Assembly (NCBI GenBank): GCA_039621445.1
Contig: CP154954.1
Span: forward strand, 17,452,589 to 17,516,588
DNA length: 64,000 bases
Direction of reading: 5' to 3'
From: Euglena gracilis
Taxonomy: Eukaryota
Shown: positions 22,842 to 36,933 of the stretch, piece by piece
How positions within the stretch are numbered: position 1 is the stretch's first letter
How the letters are laid out: every line of letters begins with the position of its first letter
Program-made: the position numbers and the translations under genes
Notes under the pieces: generated by a model
The model's database searches: none
The model's input: the letters and a program-made list of their open reading frames with translations, nothing else
Told to the model about the DNA's origin: nothing

Positions 22842-25800
22842 CAAGGGCCGGCCCCCCTCCGATCCCCTCTCATCCCAACCCATGGGATCCCCTTCAAGGC
22901 CATCGTCGCGGCGGACGGCGTCGGCAACGGCGGCAGAAGGAGACCATGACCAGCACGGACGCCGAGGCGGCGACATCGCAGGTGTGCCACCCCCGGCCTG
23001 CCGGAGCTGGTATCTCCGGCCCTCCAGTTCGGGCCGCACCGGCTGGAGGTGGGCGTGCAACCCGTGCGAGGCCTCCCCCCTCTGCGGCACCCCCCCACCT
23101 CCCTCCCCATCCCCTCCCATCCCCACCCCCACCCACACCCAGAATCCCCCGTCCATACCAATCAAGAAGAGAGATTTCCGCAGTCCCTGCGGCTCGGGGA
23201 GCTTTCCCCGGGGTCCACCGTGAATTGCCTGGCGAGGTTTCTCGCACCCCCAGGCCTCCCCCCGAGCGCCCTCCCGGGCAACCCTCTTCCCGAAGGCCCC
23301 CCAGGCCGTCCCACTCCCGTGATGACCGTGCCCTCCCCATCGCCGAGCCCTACGACAAGCACGACCCCCAGCCGTCCCGCCACCGCCGCAACGAGGGGCA
23401 GTGGAGCTGGCAGGACCACCTGCAGTGGATGCAACGCAGCTGGGGGCGGCGATCTTGGCGCAACAAGACCATGCGCAGGGTCCTGCAGCTCCGCTCCAGC
23501 GACTCAGCCAACGCCGCCGTGGACTGGGGCGACGTGGCCGCCCTGTGGGATGCCCCCGGCTGGATTTACGCCCTCTTCCACTTCCCCACGGGGCGACTGT
23601 ACGTCGGGCAGACCACCCGGAAGGTTTACAAGCGGGCCAAGGAGCACTGGTGGAGCCGGGGGCGCTGCGCCGACGCCCTGCACGACGCCCTGGCCAACGA
23701 CCCCACCCCCTTCTCCTTCCTCATGATCCCCATCGAGAGGCTCCCCTCACCCGACAGCTTCCCCCGGGCTGACCGCCGCGCCCTCGCCCGCCGGGATGCC
23801 CTCGCCCGCGAGCGCAAGTGGGTGGGCCTCCTCAACTCCATGTGGCCCCATGGCTTCAACGCCGCCTACCCCGGCTTCCCCGTCAGCCGGAAGGTGCTCC
23901 GCCGCCAGCACACCCTCCCCAGCCCCGATCCCGCCCCCACATCCCAAGGCGACCCCCCGCCCAGCCCCGACCTAACCAAGTGGCTCCGTCGCTGCCACCA
24001 AGGGGACTCCAGCGCCCTGGCGGAGGCACGCTCCTGGGGCAAGGCGCGGCTGTGTTCCACCCTGGACTGGCTGCAGCAGCACGTCCCGGACGACGAGCGG
24101 CGCTCCGGCCACCTCTCGCTGGAGTGCAAGCTGGTGGAGCTGATCAAGGCGAAGAGGAAGGAGGCCCCCGAGCGGCAGTTCCTGAAGTTCTCCTACTCCA
24201 ACAACGGCGCCCGCCACCTGGAGCTGCGCAAGGTGTTGCGGGAAGAGGCCGTCTACAAGCTCCACCCCAACCCGGACGTCGCCGCAGCCATCATGGTCTG
24301 CGACAAGTTCGCCCCGCAATGGCAGGCGTGGCTCTGCAATTACGCCCAGGTCTCCAGCGAGCTGGACGTGGCCGCCGCACAGACCGACGACCTCGAGGGC
24401 TGCCAGTGCCACACAGCCCTCCGCCGGAAGGAGCCGGCAGCCTTCCACGAGGGCCACGTGGTGAGCAACGAGTCAGAGCTGCTGCGGTGGACGTACTTGC
24501 AGACCCTCGCGGCCAAGGGGAAGAAGTTCCGGCTGGAGGGCCCCCCTGACACCGTTCTCCATGACCTCCGCCGGGCGCTGAACCAGTACACCGAGTGGGC
24601 AGCGCGCAGCAACCCCACCGACGCCACCTACCTCCGGAAGCTGGGCGAGTGGGCCGATGCCGTGGAGGCCCGCTGCACCACCAACTGGCGGTGCTCGGCC
24701 ATCAGAGAAGAGCTGGTCCCCACCGGCTTCCCGGGCCTGTCACAGCAAATGCGGGAGGCTCACCAGGTCCTCGTCTTCCTCCACGACGACCGGGCCCCCC
24801 ACGGCTTGATGTTCGTTTGCAAGCGCTGGTACCAGAAGCAGATGGCCACCTACCTGGCGGACTCCACCGTGTTCGAGGACGTGACCGACACCTGGAGGGA
24901 GGTGGTTGCCCGGCTGTCGGAGGTCAACCAGCGGTTGCACTTCCCCACTGGCGCCGGTGTCGTCTACAACTACGGCATCTGGAAGCCAGCGAAGAAGAAG
25001 TTCCGGTTCATTGCCGGGACCCGCAAGAACCCCGACCCCGACCCCGGATCCCCCGCCCCCGCCTCGGAGTCCGCCCCCGCCTCCGCCCCCACCGCCTCCA
25101 AGGAGCCACCCCGGCAGCCCCTCTATGCCCTGAGCAAGGCTTTGGTGTCGCTCCTGAAGCACATCGAGGTCGCCCTCCGGGAAAAGGACGAGCGGCGGCA
25201 ACAGCAGGAGGGCATCAAGGCGTTCTGGGGAATCGACAGTGTGGAGTCTTTCGTCCGGATGGTCCGAACCCACTCCAAGGACATCCTGGCGGGGGGCTTG
25301 GAGACGGCGGACTTCACGACGATGTACACGGCCTTCACCTTCGACGCCATCATCGAGCGGACCATGGAGTCGGCCAAGGAGGCCTGGGCCTTCGTGCGGG
25401 AGACCAAGACCCCCGCTGGGGTGGACCCTGCCACCCCACCGTCCCTCACCACCGGCGGCTGGTCGTGGGATGGCCTCGGCTACTCCTTGGATGACCTGAA
25501 GGAGCTGGTGGGCGGTGCAGAACAACTACAGCTGCAATGGCGGAAGGGTCCGGCGCTAGATCCGGGGCATGCCCATGGGCCTCCCCCGGCCCCGCAGCTG
25601 GCCAATCTGGCCTGCTACCCCGTGGAGCGCGACCACATGTACGCCCTCCCTCCCCAGCTCCGGTCCTCCGCCGTGTCCCGATACATCGACGACATCGTCC
25701 ACCCCACCACCATGCCCCTCCCCTCGGCAGCCGAGTACGGCATGGAGTACAAGACCACCGGCTCCGGCGAGTCCGTGGTGTGCCTGGGCGTCCGGGTGTA

Positions 25801-26265
25801 CATCCAATGCCATTCCAACGGGGACCGCGTGGTGCACACCACCGTCCACGACCGGGAGGAGGAGTACCCCCACCACATTGTCCGCTACCCCCTAGCCACC
25901 ACCACCGCCCCCACCGAGCAGCTGGGCGGGGTCATCATGGGCCGCCTGGAGTTCGCCCGGATGGCCTGCAGCCACATGGGGGATTTCAAGCAGTCAGTGG
26001 CCAACATCTTCCGCAACGCCATCTGGCGGGGGTACTCCCGTCGGCTGGTGCAGTCGGTGTGGAGCCGCTTCCTCTTCCAGCGCTGGCATGCCACCGACAT
26101 CCGCGTCCGTGAGCTCCGCACCTGGTTTTCCAAGGTGTGGAAGTGGCTCCACTCCAGCCCCCACCGCGCTCCCCCAGCCCCATGGGCCACAGCCCTCCCC
26201 CTCGATGAGGCCCATGCCCCCTCCCAGGCCGACTTTCTCTCCGTCTTCGGCCACCCCGCACCCCC
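22830..26265 (+). CDS. PLE polyprotein: N-terminal GIY-YIG endonuclease, Cys/His linker, RT (locally frameshifted)
   Basis: GWIYALFHFPTGRLYVGQT...RAKEH...ERKWVGLLNSMWPHGFN (23558-23860) matches the GIY-YIG pattern including R, H, E, N residues; CQCH...HEGH linker; DFTTMY; YIDD. The GMPMG motif is out of frame through compensating indels. EN-before-RT order is that of Naiad/Chlamys-type PLEs. Confidence 0.85.
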
Positions 26266-27787
26266 CCCTCCCCGGGGGCATCGACGACTTGCTGGCCGAG
26301 ATGACGCCGCCCCCTTCCCCCTCCGCCTCCCAGCCCTCCGACGTGGATGTGATGATCATCGACCGGGAGGCCCACGTGCGCCACGGCAAGCAGCAGGCCC
26401 CGAGAGGAGCGTCCCGATCCGTCCACTGGCCAGGGCTCAGAGAGGGGGACGCCCCAGAGGTGAGGTGCGCCCAATTCGTGAGCAGCAAGGGCAAGGACCC
26501 GGGGGTGATGCCGCCAAGGATCCCGCCCCCGGCGAGCCCGGGCGAGCCTCTACCGATCAGTCAAGAGGAGGGGGACGCCCCAAACAGCCGCAGCACCAGG
26601 CCGGCCCACACCGGGGCGGGGTTTACGCCGGGCAGTGAACCGGGGGTGACGCCGCCAAGGATCCCGCCCCCGGGGAGCCCGGGCGGGCCTGAGGACAGCG
26701 AGGGGGACGCCCCGAGCCACGGACTGGCCCACACCGTGACGGGGTTTACGTCGGGCTGTGAACTGGGGGTGACGCCGCCAAGGATCTCAGCCCCAGGGAG
26801 CCCGGGCGGGTCCGTGATCGTGCTGCCAGGGCCGGCCTCAGAGCCGAGGGGGGACGCCCCAAGCGACAGGCTGGCCCACACCGGAGCGGGGTTTACGCTG
26901 GGCGGTGAACCGGGGGTGACGCCGCCAAGGATCTCGCCCCCGGGGAGCCCGGGCGGGCCTGAGAGTTGCCAGCCCACGGCCATGGAGACAGAGACGGACG
27001 CCCTCGAGGGGGTTGCAGCGCAGCCAAGCACCGCCTCCCAATCCCCCAGCGCCCCAACGGCCCCCACAGCCTCCCAAGGCCCCCCTCTCTCCAACCCGGA
27101 CTCCGCCTCCCCAACCCCATGCCTCCCCCCACCCACCCGTGAGGTCCTCCAGGAGCGGGTTGTCATCATCGAGAGGCAGGTCCCCGTTCCCGTGCGGGAG
27201 CCTGTCTTCGTGGATCGGGTCATCGAGCGGGTCGTCCCGGTCCCGGTGCAAGTCCCCGTGGAGGTCCGGGTCCCCATGCCCGTCCCCGTCCCCGTGGAGG
27301 TCCGGGTACCCATCCCCATCTACCTCCCTCCCTCCGCACCACAAGCCCCCTCCATCGTGCAGAATGTGCATCTCAACGCACTCACCATCGGCCCCTCCTC
27401 CTCCTCGTCTTCCTTGGCCCTCCTCCAAGGTCTCCCCATTCCCGCCATCGAGGCCCCCAACCGCCTCCTCCTCACCGCTCCCCCGCCACCACCCAGCGAC
27501 ACCACCGACGACGACACCTCTTCCCAAGGCCCCACGAAGAAGAGGAAGTTCACTTCGTTGAGTGAGTGGCCTGCCGAGTGGCGAGCCAAGTACGAAGAGT
27601 GGAAGGCGGTGCTGAAGGACCCACGAGAAGTAGGACGAGGACAAGCCATGTACGAATCATGGGACCCGGACCTGCAGAACCAGGTCTGGGCCTCGTGCGG
27701 CCCCCAGCGGCGGAGCATCATCCAAGAATGGCAAGAAGCCGCAGCAGCCCAGAACGTCGAGCGCCCCGCGGACCTCGAGCGCCAGAC

Positions 27788-28307
27788 CAGGGAATTTCTT
27801 AAGGACCCCCCGGGGGGGGGGGGGGGTCCAGCCTCCGGCTGGCAAAAAGGCTGCTGGCTGGATTTGAGCTGCTGGCTGGACCCCCCCCCCCGGGGGGGTG
27901 GGGGGGGGGGGGGGGGGGGGGGGGTCCGGGGCTGGAGCGGGCTGGGCTGGGCTGGGTCGAGGAAAAACAAAATTTTCTAACACATTTTGGCCATTTTCGA
28001 CATTTTGATGGGTGGAGCTAGATCAAGGCTGGGGGGCTGTGATGGAGGGGCTGTGATGAGGGGGAAAAATGCAGGGATAAGTGAGCTGGACAGCCCGGTT
28101 GGCTGGCCGGCCTGCGGCCGGCTGGGCCGGCCTTCGGCCGGCTGGCCCGGCCTCCGGCCGGGCTGGACCCGACTTTATTTCACTCGACCCCCCGGGGGGG
28201 GGGGGCTCCCAGCCCAAATTTGGGCTGCTGGCTGGATTTGAGCTGCTGGCTGGCTGGACCCCCCCCCCCCGGGGGGTAGGGTACCCTCCGGCTTAAGAAA
28301 TTCCCTG
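27788..28307. mobile_element. hAT-like MITE inserted in PLE copy B
   Basis: Perfect 16-bp TIR CAGGGAATTTCTTAAG; 8-bp TSD CGCCAGAC (27780-27787, 28308-28315); copy A has the empty site. Confidence 0.93.
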
Positions 28308-31300
28308 CGCCAGACGCATGACTGGCATGAAGGTGCCAGGATCGGGGAGGCCGACCACCCCGGTCCAAGGCGCCACCCCCACGGCCCCCACCAGGGCCAC
28401 CAACCCTCCGGGAGCCACGTCCCCGGAGTGAGACCGAGCCAAGTCCGGGCGGGTGGCAGGCAGCGTGGTGCCTGTGCCCCGCCAACCCCGTCCGCAGGGG
28501 AGCAAGCGAAGCGGGATTTGCCCCGGCCCCAAGCCCCTTGGCGACCCAACAGGGAAGCGGCCCGTGGGCGCCGCCCTGGGGATTCTTTTTCTTCAGCAGC
28601 CATGAGATCTTCTAGACCCTCTCGCCCTGGGAGTGCGCAGGGCAACCCAACCCGAGGAGAAGAAAGAGACCGAAGAGACGAAGGTGTCGCATGGACACCG
28701 GTGCAGAGCCGGCGAGGGGCGGCGCTGCACAAGGAGATCAAGAGGATGGCGGACAGCATCTCCGCCCTCAGCGAAGAGCTGAAGAAGCTACAAGAAAAAT
28801 GCCAAGCTCAACGCCACTTTCGGGGGGAGTCGGAGCCCCCAACCACATCAAGACCATCGCGGAGAGGAGAGAGAGAGAGAGAGAGGGAGGCAAGGGCCGG
28901 CCCCCCTCCGATCCCCTCTCATCCCAACCCATGGGATCCCCTTCAAGGCCATCGTCGCGGCGGACGGCGTCGGCAACGGCGGCAGAAGGAGACCATGACC
29001 AGCACGGACGCCGAGGCGGCGACATCGCAGGTGTGCCACCCCCGGCCTGCCGGAGCTGGTATCTCCGGCCCTCCAGTTCGGGCCGCACCGGCTGGAGGTG
29101 GGCGTGCAACCCGTGCGAGGCCTCCCCCCTCTGCGGCACCCCCCCACCTCCCTCCCCATCCCCTCCCATCCCCACCCCCACCCACACCCAGAATCCCCCG
29201 TCCATACCAATCAAGAAGAGAGAGAGAGAGAGAGAAAATGAGGTTTGGTGAGGTCAGCTTTTTTGATTCAGTGAGAGTTTTTGAGTAACCCCCCTAAAAT
29301 AATGTACACCCTCTGCCCCAGACTTCGGTGACAAAACAACATACCCTCCCTGCCGCCACTGGGAGAGGGAAATCAAGCAGGTTTGTCAATCTCTCTCCAA
29401 AACATCATATTTTGGCAAAAAATGACTGGTAGGTTCAATTCCTTTACAAAACCAAAAAGGTAACAATGAATTCTAATTCACAGAATAAACCCCACATAAA
29501 AAAATTAAAAATTGATTTTTCAAAAAAAAACGAAATATACAAAAAATGAAAAATTGCCAAATAGGCAAGAATATGAACAATTGCGCAAAACAATGGATAA
29601 ACATGGAACATTTGAGGGGAAATGTGACTTTTGCCATCTCCAGTGCATAGCACTAGGAGAAATTTTTCGTGGTTATGTCTTTCAGTCAAGGAGGGAAGGA
29701 GGGGGAGCTCCAGAGCCACCTCCCAACACCTGGGGTGGTGATCCGGACACCCCCCGCCACCACTTTGACCCCTCGGGAGGGTCGGGATCCCCACTCCAAC
29801 CATCCTCACTCACTACCCTACTCACCACCTTCCAGAATGCTGAAGGGCTTCCTGTCGATCCCGGGGGGGGGGGGGGTGGTTGGGACCCGAACTCGCTGCC
29901 TGGCCTCCTTCTGTGTAGTGTGTAGGAAGCGGATTTGTCCTTCCCCTTCGGGAATTTGTCCCTTCTGGTAGTGCCTGCAAAAAAAGGGACGTGCAGAGCC
30001 TTACGCTTCCTGTGTACCTCCTGGCACGGCTGGTGTTCAGTTCACCAAGTTCTTAGACAGCCGGGAATGCATTTTTCTTGTTGAGTCACAAAATTCTGGC
30101 AGTTTTTTTTGAAAATGCGCATCCGCGCATTTCGGAAGCGAAGTGCGCAGGTGCGCATTCTGAATGGTTTGATGCCTCTTCCAGACTGGGGCTAAACACC
30201 ACAAAAATGAGCTGTTTGGATTTAACACGACCACAGAGGTTCACTGTTGTTTACTGGTTCAGGACACCGGTTCGGGAGGGAAAGACCCCAAATGAAAAGT
30301 GCCAAAAGGTGTGCAAAATGCTTTGTGGACATGTGGCACAGAAAAGGCAGAACGGAAAAAATTACTGGGATTATCGGCAAGTTTCTTTTGTGATGTGCTT
30401 GTGCCTGACTCATGGTCTCAAGGGCCTGGGGAAAGTTTGGGGCAAGGACTGACCAGTGGTGTTCGCTTCTTTGAGTCCATTTGGATTGTGAAATAATTCC
30501 GTGTTCACAGACCGTTTTTGGGAATGATGCTAAAGGTGGCGACAGGGGTGTTTCACTCTCGAGGTGCCAACCCAGTGAGCACCGTGTGTGGAACCAGACA
30601 CAATCCCGTGTGCTAATTGTGGGGCACAGTGCTCCTTGCACCGTGCACCGCAGCCCAACGTAAGGCAGTTCAGGGGGCCCATCAGCTGCGTGCTGCCATG
30701 CATGCTCTGGGGCGCGGGGTCAGACAACGTTGGCATCAACCGGCCCATCACCTCCGCCGGGTGGGGGACGGTTGCACGTGCGTTGTGGCGTGTTTCACGT
30801 GTTCATGAGAGTAGTGTAAGCTAGGCTGGGCACTGGATTGCAGTGGGCGAAGTGGAATGCGCAAGTGCACATTCTGATTTGTTCGGTGACTTGCCCTGCA
30901 GGGGGCAGTTACCTTGTCACTGAAGGACATGAATTCGTGCCTTGACACCTGGCATCGCCGAGAACAGGGATTTCCACGCCGTTGTAGGTGTCGCGTTTCA
31001 GGGTGTGGTCTGATATAGCGACATTGTTACCAAGGGTGATTTTTTTGATTCACCTCCCCCTCGCACACCCATGTTCTGCAAGCCCGAAAGCCACACCATA
31101 GCGGTGCACAACTCAGATTCAAGGCAGGCAAACAACAGGCCATACCCAGTGCGTCCTTCAACATCAATGTGCGTGTGCGCATTCCCTCCTTCCCACAGCC
31201 TGTGTCCATTCCAAAACAAATGCGCACCTGCGCATTTTTTTGGGTTTGACACTCGGTGGCACCCCTATTGACCTTGGGATTGGGAGGGCTGTGTCTCTAT

Positions 31301-32176
31301 GGCTGCAAGGAGTTCCTTCCCATGCTCATCCCGGGTTCACCAGGCCATGCCTCCAGGAGCCATCAGCAGCGCTGGAATTACACCACAGATACTCACTCAC
31401 CCGGCCAGGGGGGGCTACAAAGTACTGGTGTAAGGGGTCCCTGGCCACTCACCACACAGCAAACTGGGCCAGAAGCGAAGTAGCAACGGCCATAAACAGG
31501 CAAGAAGCCTTAGTGCAACTAAGGGGGTCCGAGGGCGGCTGCGCGGGCAGCACGCGTCCTAAAATTTGTAATTTTTGTCCAAAAAAATGGTCATTTTTGG
31601 CCATTTTTGGGCTATTTTTGATTAAAAAAAAACAGCTTTTTGGGCCGCGCGCAGAGTGCGCAGCCCCTAAATTTGCCTCAAAAAAGTCACAATTTTCTGC
31701 AAATTTTTTTTCTTGGGCAAACTAGGCACAGTGGGGGGGTCGTGGGGGGACGAGCGGAGGGGCTGCGCGGGGGGGGGAGGGGGGCTGGGCCCCCCCCCCC
31801 CCCAAGCGGCGCCTAGCCCCCCCATGCATTTCATGATGTGTTTGCGTTCTGTTCCTCGCCAACAGGCCACAAGGTGCTTGCATACCCTCCCTCGCCAAAT
31901 GCCAACTTCCCGCCGTTGCGTTGCTTCTCGCTTTTTTATCGATGCATTCTAGTAATGTTTCATCCAATACAGTATTTTTAATTTGAAACCATGTATTGGG
32001 GCTCTGGTGTGGAGACATACACTCACCTTTCCCGTGGGTGGGTCTACACCCTTACGCCCCAGTGCTGCTCTTGTCTCCTGCCCTCTTCCCACTTTTTTGT
32101 GTGGGGGATGCATGGTGCGGACCCCGCCCTCAGACCCCCCCCCGCGGCCGCTCAGCCCCCCGCCAAAGCCGGGGAG

Positions 32177-32215
32177 GGGTCCTGGGTTTGATTCCACATC
32201 TCCGCAAGCAAGGAG
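32177..32215 (-). other. Canonical 2A (StopGo) motif LLACGDVESNPGP, probable retroelement remnant
   Basis: Exact DVExNPGP consensus with LL..G lead-in in short ORF 31949..32275; no RT visible downstream. Confidence 0.65.
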
Positions 32216-35200
32216 AAAAAGTTGCCGCGGGGGGTCCCGCTTTGGTATGGGCTTCGCCTCTGACCCAACGAGCACCTAGAATGGTTCCCCTCTGCCAGGT
32301 TTAAAGTGTGCAGTGTGCCGTGCCTATCCTCCATTCCAAACATCCCGGGCATGTCCAAGGACGTTTGGGAGCTCGGCGCAGGTCAGCACACACAAAATGG
32401 GACGTGTCCGTACAACTGACACAGGAGACGACAAAATTGCGGTCTTAGAAACAATACCTTGGGTCAATCCTACCCAGTTTGGACCCCTTCGCGGCTGAAT
32501 AACTCAGGCCTGGCGGGGAGTTGGGGAATCAAACAGAGGTGATTCGGAAACTAGAAATACAATCATTCGCATCTGGAAAAAAATTCCAAGAACAGAGCCG
32601 GGATTATGGTGATGGGGATAAGAGCTCGGCAACACCCCCCCCTAATTGGCTAATTGGCCTCTAGTGCGAGAATAGCCGAAAATACGTGTGTTGGTGTGCG
32701 CATGTGCGTGCACAATCAAATTTTGTTGGTTTGCTCCAAGGCTCGCATGAACGCATTCTTTTGAAGATTAACGTGACCCCCCCTATTTGTCCCTCCCCCC
32801 TAATTGGCCAGAGCCCAGGTGGCCAATTAGGGGGGGGGGGGGTTACTCATTTCAAGGGAAAATGCCTTTGTTCGGGTGTTTTTCGGGGGTTCGCGACTAT
32901 GAAGGACGAGGCCCAGGTGGCCAATTAGGGGGGGGGGGGGTTAGGGGTAACCCCCCCCCCTAATTGTCCCCCCCCCCTAATTGGCCAGAAGGAGGGTCCG
33001 GGCCGCCCGGAGGGCGGCCAAATAGGGGTGGGGGGGCACGTTAAATGTTGGTGCGCGATTTGCGCCCACAAGCAAATTTTGTTGGTGCGTGCAAGTGCGC
33101 ACCAACATGCCTATAACGTTCAAAAACCTTGTAGGGTCATGATCATCATCGGTGTGCTTTACCCCCCCCATATTGTCCCCCCCCCATATTGTCCCTCGGC
33201 CCCGGCCGACAGGGGGGTTTTTTGGCTCGGCCAATGAAATTCCTTTGGTACCCCCATATTGTCCCCCTCCCCCACATTGTCCGGTCGGGCCCCCCGGGGG
33301 GAGGTCGGTGGGACAATAAGGGGGGGGTGACATGGACATGTTGTTCGTTGCTGCCCATGAACAAACCATCCACATACCAGTTTCCCCAAAATATTGGTGC
33401 GTGTTTGCGCGCACCAACAAATTTGTTTGTGGGCGCATTTGCACCCCCAAACATGTCATTATTAAAACTTCAGCATTTTTATGGGGGTGCTATCCCGTGA
33501 CCCCCCCCCCCATGACGGCCGTCCTGTTGGGTCGACCGACCCTTGGAGGGTCGACTAGGGTCGGTTACAGACGGGGAACAAAACAAAGAATACTGATAAT
33601 TAGTTATTTGTGCTTCAAAAAAAAACAAATAAATGACTTGGTTGCACGAGGGATTTTATTATTTTGGGGCCCTCGAACAGTTGAGCAACAAAAGGGATTT
33701 ACCCGCCAAAACGGGTTGGAAACACAGGGGATTTTGTTATTTTGGGGCCCTCCAAGCACCATGGGACCCCAAAATGGCCACTCTGGAGGAGGGGACACTT
33801 TGGGGGGGGGTCAAATATTGGCTTTCGGCGCCTTTGACGTTGAAGGGAAAGGGCCACTTTGGGGGGGGGGGGTAAACCAAAATTTGCCAAAAAAAATTGG
33901 CCGCTTTGAGTGCGGGGAGGATAGGTTTTTGATGACGGTGGCACCAGTGGCCAAGGACGTGATTGGGTTGAATGTTTAGCGTTGCAAATTGACCAAGCTG
34001 GGAGAAGGTGGCCAGGCTGTCCCCTGTGGAGCTCAAGTGCTTGGGAAGCGGTCCAACATGACAGGGCTACACAACCACATGCGGGACCATCACCCTGTGG
34101 AGTTCAGGCAAAGGACATTACAAGTTTAATTCCCGGTGCCAAAGGTGACTTGCAACCATAATGCTTAACACCTGTCCCACTCCATCCCTGGGGGGGTGAC
34201 TGACTAGTTTTTTCAGAGTAACTGACTGGTTTTCTGGCCAAGAGCCCCCCCCAGGGTGTAGGCCCAAAAATGAAAGAAAAAAACGGCCTTGCGCCAAAGG
34301 CACCGGAAATTTTTTGGAATTTTGGCAAAAGGGTAAATAGTTGGACTGGTTTTTTCAGAGTGGACAGTGCCCCCCCCCCCTTGGGGTTCGCTAAGCAATG
34401 GTATGCCGGCAGCATCAGCAGATTGCATTAGCATTCTCATTGCACCTTGGGTTCGTGGGGTAACTCAAAACCCCTTCTCCGCCTTTTGATGGCTGTGAAA
34501 TGGTGGGGGGGGCGCAAACCTTATATGTTGATGCCTGTTGACACCTTATGTTGATACCTAAATGTTGCAGGCTGAAAATGGGGGGGGGGGTCCCTGGCCT
34601 GTTACATCACCTCATCCTGGTGCCAGGGTGAAAGGCGTAAGGCTGAATTACGCTGGCCAAGGACCAACTTTTTTCCTGTAGGGAGGGCTTAAAAAATAAT
34701 ATTGCATGCACCGTTCACAGGGGGGGGGGGGCTTAAAAGTCGGCGGTTGTCACCCGTTAGTAAATTAGAGTGGGTATTTTGCTGACTAGTCGGCTGACTA
34801 CCCACTACCCCCCCCTCCCCGTCTCGCCAACCAGCTACCGACCAGGCCTTGTCGGCCGACCAGTTGGGTAGTCGGCCGACTCCCCACTACCTCCCGTCTA
34901 CCGCCATGCGCCGGCGAATCCCTTTTGTTGCTCAATCATTCGAGGGCCCCAAAATTTCAAAATCCCTTGTGTTTCCAACCTGTTTTTGGTGTCAAAACCC
35001 CTTTGTCGCTCAGATGTTCGAGGGCCCAACAAGGCTGTTAATTGATCTTGCATTTGGGGGGGGCGATATTTTGCGAGATATTGCACGCCCTTGCGATATT
35101 GGCGATATTTTCGATATTTGCCGACTTCCCACTCTAATGTGCTAACGGGTCAAATTCGCCGACTTTTAAGCCCCCCCCGAAGAATTTTTTGTCCAAATCA

Positions 35201-35474
35201 TCCGAAAACCAAACGGAAACCTACCCAGATGGCTCCAGAACCCACCAAATCGGGGGTGAATATGCAAAAATTCGGAAGAAAATTCTCCTTTTTTAGCCAC
35301 TTTTTAGCAAAATTTGTCCATCATGTTTTCCATACGGTGGCAAGGAAAACCCAGTCAAAATGATCAACAAAAAAGAACTCAGCCCCCCAAAGAATTTTGC
35401 CAACATAAAGGGATTTTGTTATTTGAGGGGGGGTGCAGGGGGGGTGGTAGCCCCGCCCCCCCGAGGAGGCCGTA

Positions 35475-35899
35475 CAGTCCCTGGACGTAAATTGTCACCC
35501 CCCCGAAAATCCCCCCCCTGAAATTTGGGAATTTTCCTGGTTTTGCAAAAGGTTCCAAAACGGGCGAAAAATCCCCCCCCCTTCAACCCCAGAGGAACAG
35601 CTAAGGCAGGTGGGTTGGGACTTTTTTGTGTACATGCAAGGGCATTGGCATCTTTTGGGTTGTTTGTCCATTGAACCATCCTCGGCATGCATCAATCAAT
35701 CAGACCCACCGCCCTGAACAGAGGTGTTCAGGAATATACCATAACAACTGCACAACACACGGCAAATGAATTTCGAATCCCAGAAGGCTTCTGGCTTCAA
35801 AGAATGGAAGGGACGGGACAAAGTGCCCGAAACGGCCGAAAATCCCCCCCCCCCTTGTCAAGAGCCCAAAAAACCCTCCCCAGGGGATTTACCCGACTG
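35475..35899. mobile_element. Tc1/mariner-like MITE (CAGTC... TIR, TA TSD) nested in another repeat
   Basis: TA|CAGTCCCTGGACGTAAAT...ATTTACCCGACTG|TA; empty site GGCCGTAGGCCGACT is present in the inverted paralogue near 58275; related to 63489-63996. Confidence 0.8.
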
Positions 35900-36933
35900 T
35901 AGGCCGACTAAGTTCGCACTCGATCAACTGGAGGTTGGCCCCCTCCCTGTAGAGGTGCTGTGTAGGGGGAGGAGGGCCCCCCTCCCCCCCCCCTGTACAG
36001 CTTCCAACCCCCCCCCCTCGGACCCCCCCTCCCCCCCTGCGCCTTGTCTCCTAAGTTCGCATGATATACTTTGCCCTACTCTAAATTGTCACTTTCACTT
36101 CAAAAAAAAGCCCAAACTGAGGCCCGGGTGGGGTTGGATTGGGGAGTTTTCTGCCTTGGCAATTTACCCCTCTGCAGTCCCACCAACACAAAATTGACCC
36201 CCCAACAACCAGACATTTTCATCTGTGGGTAATCACAGAGACCATTTTTATGTCCGCCGACTAGTCTGCTTAGGGATTTGTTCACAGGAGTGCCAGACGG
36301 TAGACTGGGGGGGGGGGGGTAGTCAGCCGACTGGTCGGCCGACTATTCACTCTAATGTGCTGACATGTCGGTATCGCCGACTTTTAAGCCCCCCGAAAAA
36401 ATATTTTGTTCAAATCACCTCAACACCAGTCAAAACCCACCCAAATGGCTCCAGAACCCCTCAATCGGGGGTGAATATGCAAAAAACTTGGGCGGAAATG
36501 TCCATTTGGTCCATTGGTCCATTGGTCCACTTTTTGCAAAAGAACCCCTCTCCCCATTGGATTTTCAATCTAATGGAGGCGTGCGGACGGACGGACGGAC
36601 GGACGGACGGACGGATGGACGGACGGCTAGAGAAAATTACTTTCATCTGGACGGACGGCTGGACAGGGTTCATTTTGGCTGGACGGACGGACGGCTAGGT
36701 TGGTCTCAAAATCGTGAAAGGTCTGGCGCAGGCGACCACGCCCGGTATTTCCTAATTGTGTGTCAGGAAAAAAAAAGTCAGGAAAGTGTTTATCCCCCTT
36801 GGAATTCTTTGTTTATCTTTATTCTGCCTTCAGGTACAAGCTATTTGAAGGAAAGGGAATGCAGTCATGCAAGGTTTTTTAAACATCGAAGCAGGTACGC
36901 TCATCTAAAAGTGTCTTTTGAAGAATGATTCTA

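Larger units (their letters stand above)
22830..29235 (+). mobile_element. Penelope-like retroelement family 1, copy B: one full unit (23175-29235) preceded by a ~340-bp copy of its own 3' end
   Basis: ~22830-23174 is a direct repeat of ~28880-29225; GIY-YIG then RT; local frameshifts (~25510-25585, ~26265) and a MITE insertion; ends in (GA)n. Confidence 0.9.
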
